Shown one piece after another: positions 60,157 through 64,000 of a DNA stretch of 64,000 bases. Where the stretch lies: the NCBI GenBank assembly GCA_045159875.1, contig CP067995.1:512001-576000 (forward strand). Direction: 5' to 3'. The position numbers and the translations under genes were made by a program. Numbering within the stretch: the first letter of the stretch is position 1; every line of letters starts with the position of its first letter. The notes beneath the pieces are model-generated. The model was given only the letters and a program-made list of their open reading frames with translations. It made no database searches and was not told the DNA's origin. This DNA comes from a cyanobacterium endosymbiont of Rhopalodia gibba (GTDB lineage Bacteria; Cyanobacteriota; Cyanobacteriia; Cyanobacteriales; Microcystaceae).

Positions 60157-60996
60157 ATGGCTATTGAATTTACTAAGTATCATGGATTGGGCAACGATTT
60201 CATTCTGATTGATAATCGTTTGAGTAATTCACCGTTAGTGTCTCCAGAGCAGTCCGTTAAAATGTGTGATCGTCATTTTGGAATCGGGGCAGATGGGGTG
60301 ATTTTGGCTCTCCCAGGAATAGGCAATACCGACTACACCATGCGAATTTTTAATCCTGATGGTTCTGAACCCCAAATGTGTGGTAATGGAATTCGCTGTC
60401 TAGCCCGTTTCATTGCTCAGCTAGAAGGTGGAGAAACGCTAGGAAAAACTTATTCTATTCATACTCCAACTGGAGTAATTTCCCCTCGTTTAGAAGCTGA
60501 AGGACAAGTGAGAGTAGATATGGGAACCCCTTATTTATTTGCCCATGAAATTCCCACAACTTTAGGAAATCCTAACGAAACAGTAATTAATCAACCCCTA
60601 GCTGTAGCAGGAAAACTCTGGTTAGTTACCTGCGTGAGTATGGGCAACCCCCACTGTATTACTTTTGTTGAAGATGCATCAGCAATTGATTTAGCTGTCT
60701 TGGGACTTCAATTTGAATATCATCAGATGTTTCCTGAGCGCATCAATACAGAATTTATAGAGGTAGTTCGTCCTGATTATCTAAAAATGCGGGTTTGGGA
60801 AAGAGGTGCAGGGGCTACCTTAGCCTGCGGAACAGGGGCCTGTGCATCCGTAGTGGCTGGGGTGTTGACCGAAAACTGTGCTCGCAACTGTACCGTAGAA
60901 CTGCCAGGAGGCCGTCTGATGATTGAATGGTCTGAAGTCGATAATCGACTCTATATGACGGGACAGGCTCAACTGGTGTTCACAGGAAGTTATTAA
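60157..60996 (+). CDS. dapF: Diaminopimelate epimerase
   Basis: [22 protein letters not shown] and [13 protein letters not shown] motifs. Confidence 0.98.
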   Translation: MAIEFTKYHGLGNDFILIDNRLSNSPLVSPEQSVKMCDRHFGIGADGVILALPGIGNTDYTMRIFNPDGSEPQMCGNGIRCLARFIAQLEGGETLGKTYSIHTPTGVISPRLEAEGQVRVDMGTPYLFAHEIPTTLGNPNETVINQPLAVAGKLWLVTCVSMGNPHCITFVEDASAIDLAVLGLQFEYHQMFPERINTEFIEVVRPDYLKMRVWERGAGATLACGTGACASVVAGVLTENCARNCTVELPGGRLMIEWSEVDNRLYMTGQAQLVFTGSY

Positions 60997-61069
60997 AAGA
61001 AATTTTTAAAGATGTAATAAGTTCAGAAATGTTAAGATAAAAAGCCGTTTAGAAGAACAAAATAGATTA

Positions 61070-61489
61070 ATGTCTCCCTTACCTGACTATCGACCTCAAA
61101 AACTTTCCCTCGGTCATCTCGAAGCCGAAATCTTAGAGATTATTTGGGACTTAGAAACAGCAACGGTAAAGCAGATTCATGATCGCATTTTATCTGATCC
61201 TGAACGAGAGTTGGCTTATGCTTCTGTCACGACCGTCTTACATCGTCTCACCCAAAAAGGATGGCTAGAATACTCTAAAAAAGGGCGAGCTTTTTCTTGG
61301 CATCCCCTTATCTCTCGCGAACAAGCGCGGGCCATACAGGCTTATGAGCAATTGCAGCAATTTTTAGCCATTAGCAATCCTGATATCGTGGCAGCCTTTG
61401 CGGATAGTTTAGATACAGCTAGTTTAGAACAGTTAAATGCGATCGCGTCTCGTTTACAAACTATTCGTCATCAACGAGAGGAGACTTAA
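61070..61489 (+). CDS. BlaI/MecI/CopY family transcriptional regulator
   Basis: LEAEILEIIW...LAYASVTTVLHRLTQKGWL. Confidence 0.92.
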   Translation: MSPLPDYRPQKLSLGHLEAEILEIIWDLETATVKQIHDRILSDPERELAYASVTTVLHRLTQKGWLEYSKKGRAFSWHPLISREQARAIQAYEQLQQFLAISNPDIVAAFADSLDTASLEQLNAIASRLQTIRHQREET

Positions 61490-61492
61490 GTT

Positions 61493-62347
61493 ATGCACTT
61501 ATTAATGATAGTAGTAGCCTTGATTTTGGCTTGGAGTATTCGTCTTTATACTCCCTTATCTCATATTCCTTGGACAACTCGTTGGCAGCGATCACTATTT
61601 TGTTTCGTATTTTCTCCTTTGCTATTATTGATGACAGCGATCGCTGTCATGGTGATGGGATGTCACGGAAAAATGTTAGGATGGCAATCTGGTTGGTATA
61701 GTTACTTATTTGCAATAAGCTTTCTTATTTTTACTACCACTTCTATCGTAAAATTAGCTTTTCAAGGGTGGCAATCTATCCAAATAACCAATAAGTATCC
61801 CCAAAAAACTATCGAGGGAAAGACTATAAGACTTCTTGATACTTCTTTCCCCTACAGCGCACAGGTTGGTTTTTGGAATTCTAAATTGGTCATTAGTCAA
61901 GGACTTTTAGATACCCTAGATAAGGACCATTTAAGTGCCGTTGTTGCTCATGAAGAGGCTCATACTCAGTACCGAGATACTTTTTGGTTTTTTATATTAG
62001 GTTGGCTAGGTTATATTAGTCCTTGGTTGCCCAACACTGATGAGCTGTGGCAAGATTTATTATTGTTACGAGAAATTCGGGCTGATCGACGAGCTTCTCA
62101 ACAGGTCGACCCCTTATTAATTGCCGAATCATTAGTAATTATCACTCAAAAAATACATATGATTTCAGGAAATATAACAACAGGAGTTATGGAAGTTGCC
62201 TTCCATGATAAGGCTATTTCTGGTCGTATAAATGAACGAATTGACGCCTTATTAAATGAGTCCAAAAATCCAATTAATACTTCTTGGAAGTTGAGTTATA
62301 TTTCATTAACTTTAGCTCCATTAATTCTAATTCCTTTTCATGGCTAG
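61493..62347 (+). CDS. M56 family (BlaR1-like) membrane metallopeptidase
   Basis: TM segments, AHEEAH (HExxH) and REIRAD; starts 3 nt after the BlaI-like gene. Confidence 0.9.
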   Translation: MHLLMIVVALILAWSIRLYTPLSHIPWTTRWQRSLFCFVFSPLLLLMTAIAVMVMGCHGKMLGWQSGWYSYLFAISFLIFTTTSIVKLAFQGWQSIQITNKYPQKTIEGKTIRLLDTSFPYSAQVGFWNSKLVISQGLLDTLDKDHLSAVVAHEEAHTQYRDTFWFFILGWLGYISPWLPNTDELWQDLLLLREIRADRRASQQVDPLLIAESLVIITQKIHMISGNITTGVMEVAFHDKAISGRINERIDALLNESKNPINTSWKLSYISLTLAPLILIPFHG

Positions 62348-63378
62348 ATTAGTAAATTTTCAGAGATATTTTTTTTAGTCAAATTTTTCAATTTTAAACT
62401 GTTGTAACAAATATAGCTCTATACTCTATAGTTTTAGTTTGTTATCCTAAAAGATGAGCGGGAAATACAAATATATTTTTAGTCAAATAAAGTCAATATT
62501 TTAAGAAATTTTTGGGTATTTTTTTGTTATTAACACTAACAAAATATACAGCATTATCAATACTATGCAGACTTTCTCGCTATATCTATAATCAATTGAG
62601 AGTCTAACTTTTTACAAGATTGGCAAATAGGAGAAGACTTAAAATTTCTGGATTTTAGGAGTAGATATTCTATTCTTTAAATAAAGAAAAAAACGTAAGT
62701 ATTATCCCCATCAACTATTTCCTAAAAAAGGATGACATTAAAACTTTTATTAAGTATTTTTAGCTTTTTAAAAGGATTTAAAACTAAAATAAATTTTTTA
62801 TCATTAAAATCTAAAATACTAGAGTGCTTACTACTAAAATCATTGTATTTTCTGCCAAAAAATTTATTATTATTAAATTCGAAATAGCAAAATAATAAAT
62901 AAGTATAAACGATAACGCTAAAATATTTTTTAGCATTTACATCTATTTTGTAATTCTAAAAATAGAAAAGCTTCAATTTATCTGCCCAATCTATAATTTA
63001 AAAAACTTTCTATTCTGTTGGATTCTAACATAATATTTTTTTTGCGCTTGTTTTTGTCTTGGAGTAATTTTTTGTATCACAGGTGAACTTTAATAGTTCT
63101 TGTTACCCTAATTCTGTATAGCCTAATTCTTAGGCAGTCCAGTATGTAGCGATTGCTCTTTTGAAGACTCAATAATAAATAGTCTAACCAACAGAGATAA
63201 CCAAGCCAGTTCAACCTTATTAATTTACAATCAATTTAGCATATCTCAATTAGACCTCATTGTATATTGACGACATATCCTAGCAGTCAATGATGAGGTG
63301 AGTCATAATAGGGTCAGCGTCCTAGTCTTTTCCACGACAGGTCAGTGAGTTATTTAACCGTAGTATCGTGTCTAATCA

Positions 63379-64000
63379 ATGGCAAAAGAACCATTAATTG
63401 AACTTAAAGGAGTCAGTAAAACTTTTGGTGATCAAGTCATTCTCGATAAAATTAACTTGACTATTTATCGAGGGGAGGCACTTGTGATTATTGGACCTTC
63501 AGGAACTGGTAAATCAACAATTTTAAGGCTTATAGCTGGATTACTTCCGATAGATACCGGAGAAGTTTATATCAAAGGAAAACTACGGAAAGGACTGATC
63601 GATGATGGCAATAAACCTATGAGAATTGCTCTCGTTTTCCAGCAAGCAGCCCTTTTTGACTCCCTCAATGTTGATGAAAATGTAGGATTTTTTCTTTACG
63701 AACATTCTAAACTCCCTCGTCAAAAAATTCGTCAATTAGTTGAAGAAAAATTAGCGATGGTGGGGTTACAGGGAATAGCTGCTCGCTACCCTTCTCAACT
63801 TTCTGGAGGAATGCGTAAGCGAGTCAGTTTTGCTAGGGCTTTGATTGCCGATCCTGATAATCCAGCCGATAATCCTGAAATTGTTCTCTATGATGAACCA
63901 ACGGCGGGATTAGACCCAATTTCCTCCACTATTATTGAGGATTTAGTTCGCCGTCTTCAAAAAAGCCCTGGAGGATGTGATACGTATGTCATGGTCAGTC
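63379..64000 (+). CDS. ABC transporter ATP-binding protein, MlaF/Mkl/TGD3-like (runs off the window)
   Basis: MAKEPLIELKGVSK, GPSGTGKST, VFQQAALFDSL, LSGGMRKRVSFARA and YDEPTAGLDPI. Confidence 0.9.
   Translation, partial: MAKEPLIELKGVSKTFGDQVILDKINLTIYRGEALVIIGPSGTGKSTILRLIAGLLPIDTGEVYIKGKLRKGLIDDGNKPMRIALVFQQAALFDSLNVDENVGFFLYEHSKLPRQKIRQLVEEKLAMVGLQGIAARYPSQLSGGMRKRVSFARALIADPDNPADNPEIVLYDEPTAGLDPISSTIIEDLVRRLQKSPGGCDTYVMVS

Overview
AT-rich chromosomal segment of a unicellular Cyanothece/Crocosphaera-type cyanobacterium in advanced genome decay. Intact CDSs cover only about half the window by my hand sum (~32 of 64 kb); the rest is AT-rich spacer and pseudogene debris. Housekeeping genes are intact (hisB end, guaA, trmB, panB, queA, glmU, typA, era, pyrF, dapF, sqdX, tRNA-Val), as is ndhA-I-G-E. 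Photosynthesis genes are ruined: a deletion-fused psaA::psaB fossil, a psbQ pseudogene, chlM with one nonsense codon and an ndhD stub. This fits a non-photosynthetic cyanobacterial endosymbiont such as a rhopalodiacean diatom spheroid body (inference). The best candidate for an undescribed system is an intact 51-aa signal-peptide plus Cys-loop peptide gene (27037-27192), absent from the ORF track and divergent from an intact AAA_35/STAND-like NTPase. Non-coding oddities are two loopless 46-bp palindromes and a recurrent T(6-9)A(7-8) motif. All family calls come from motif recognition, not database searches.
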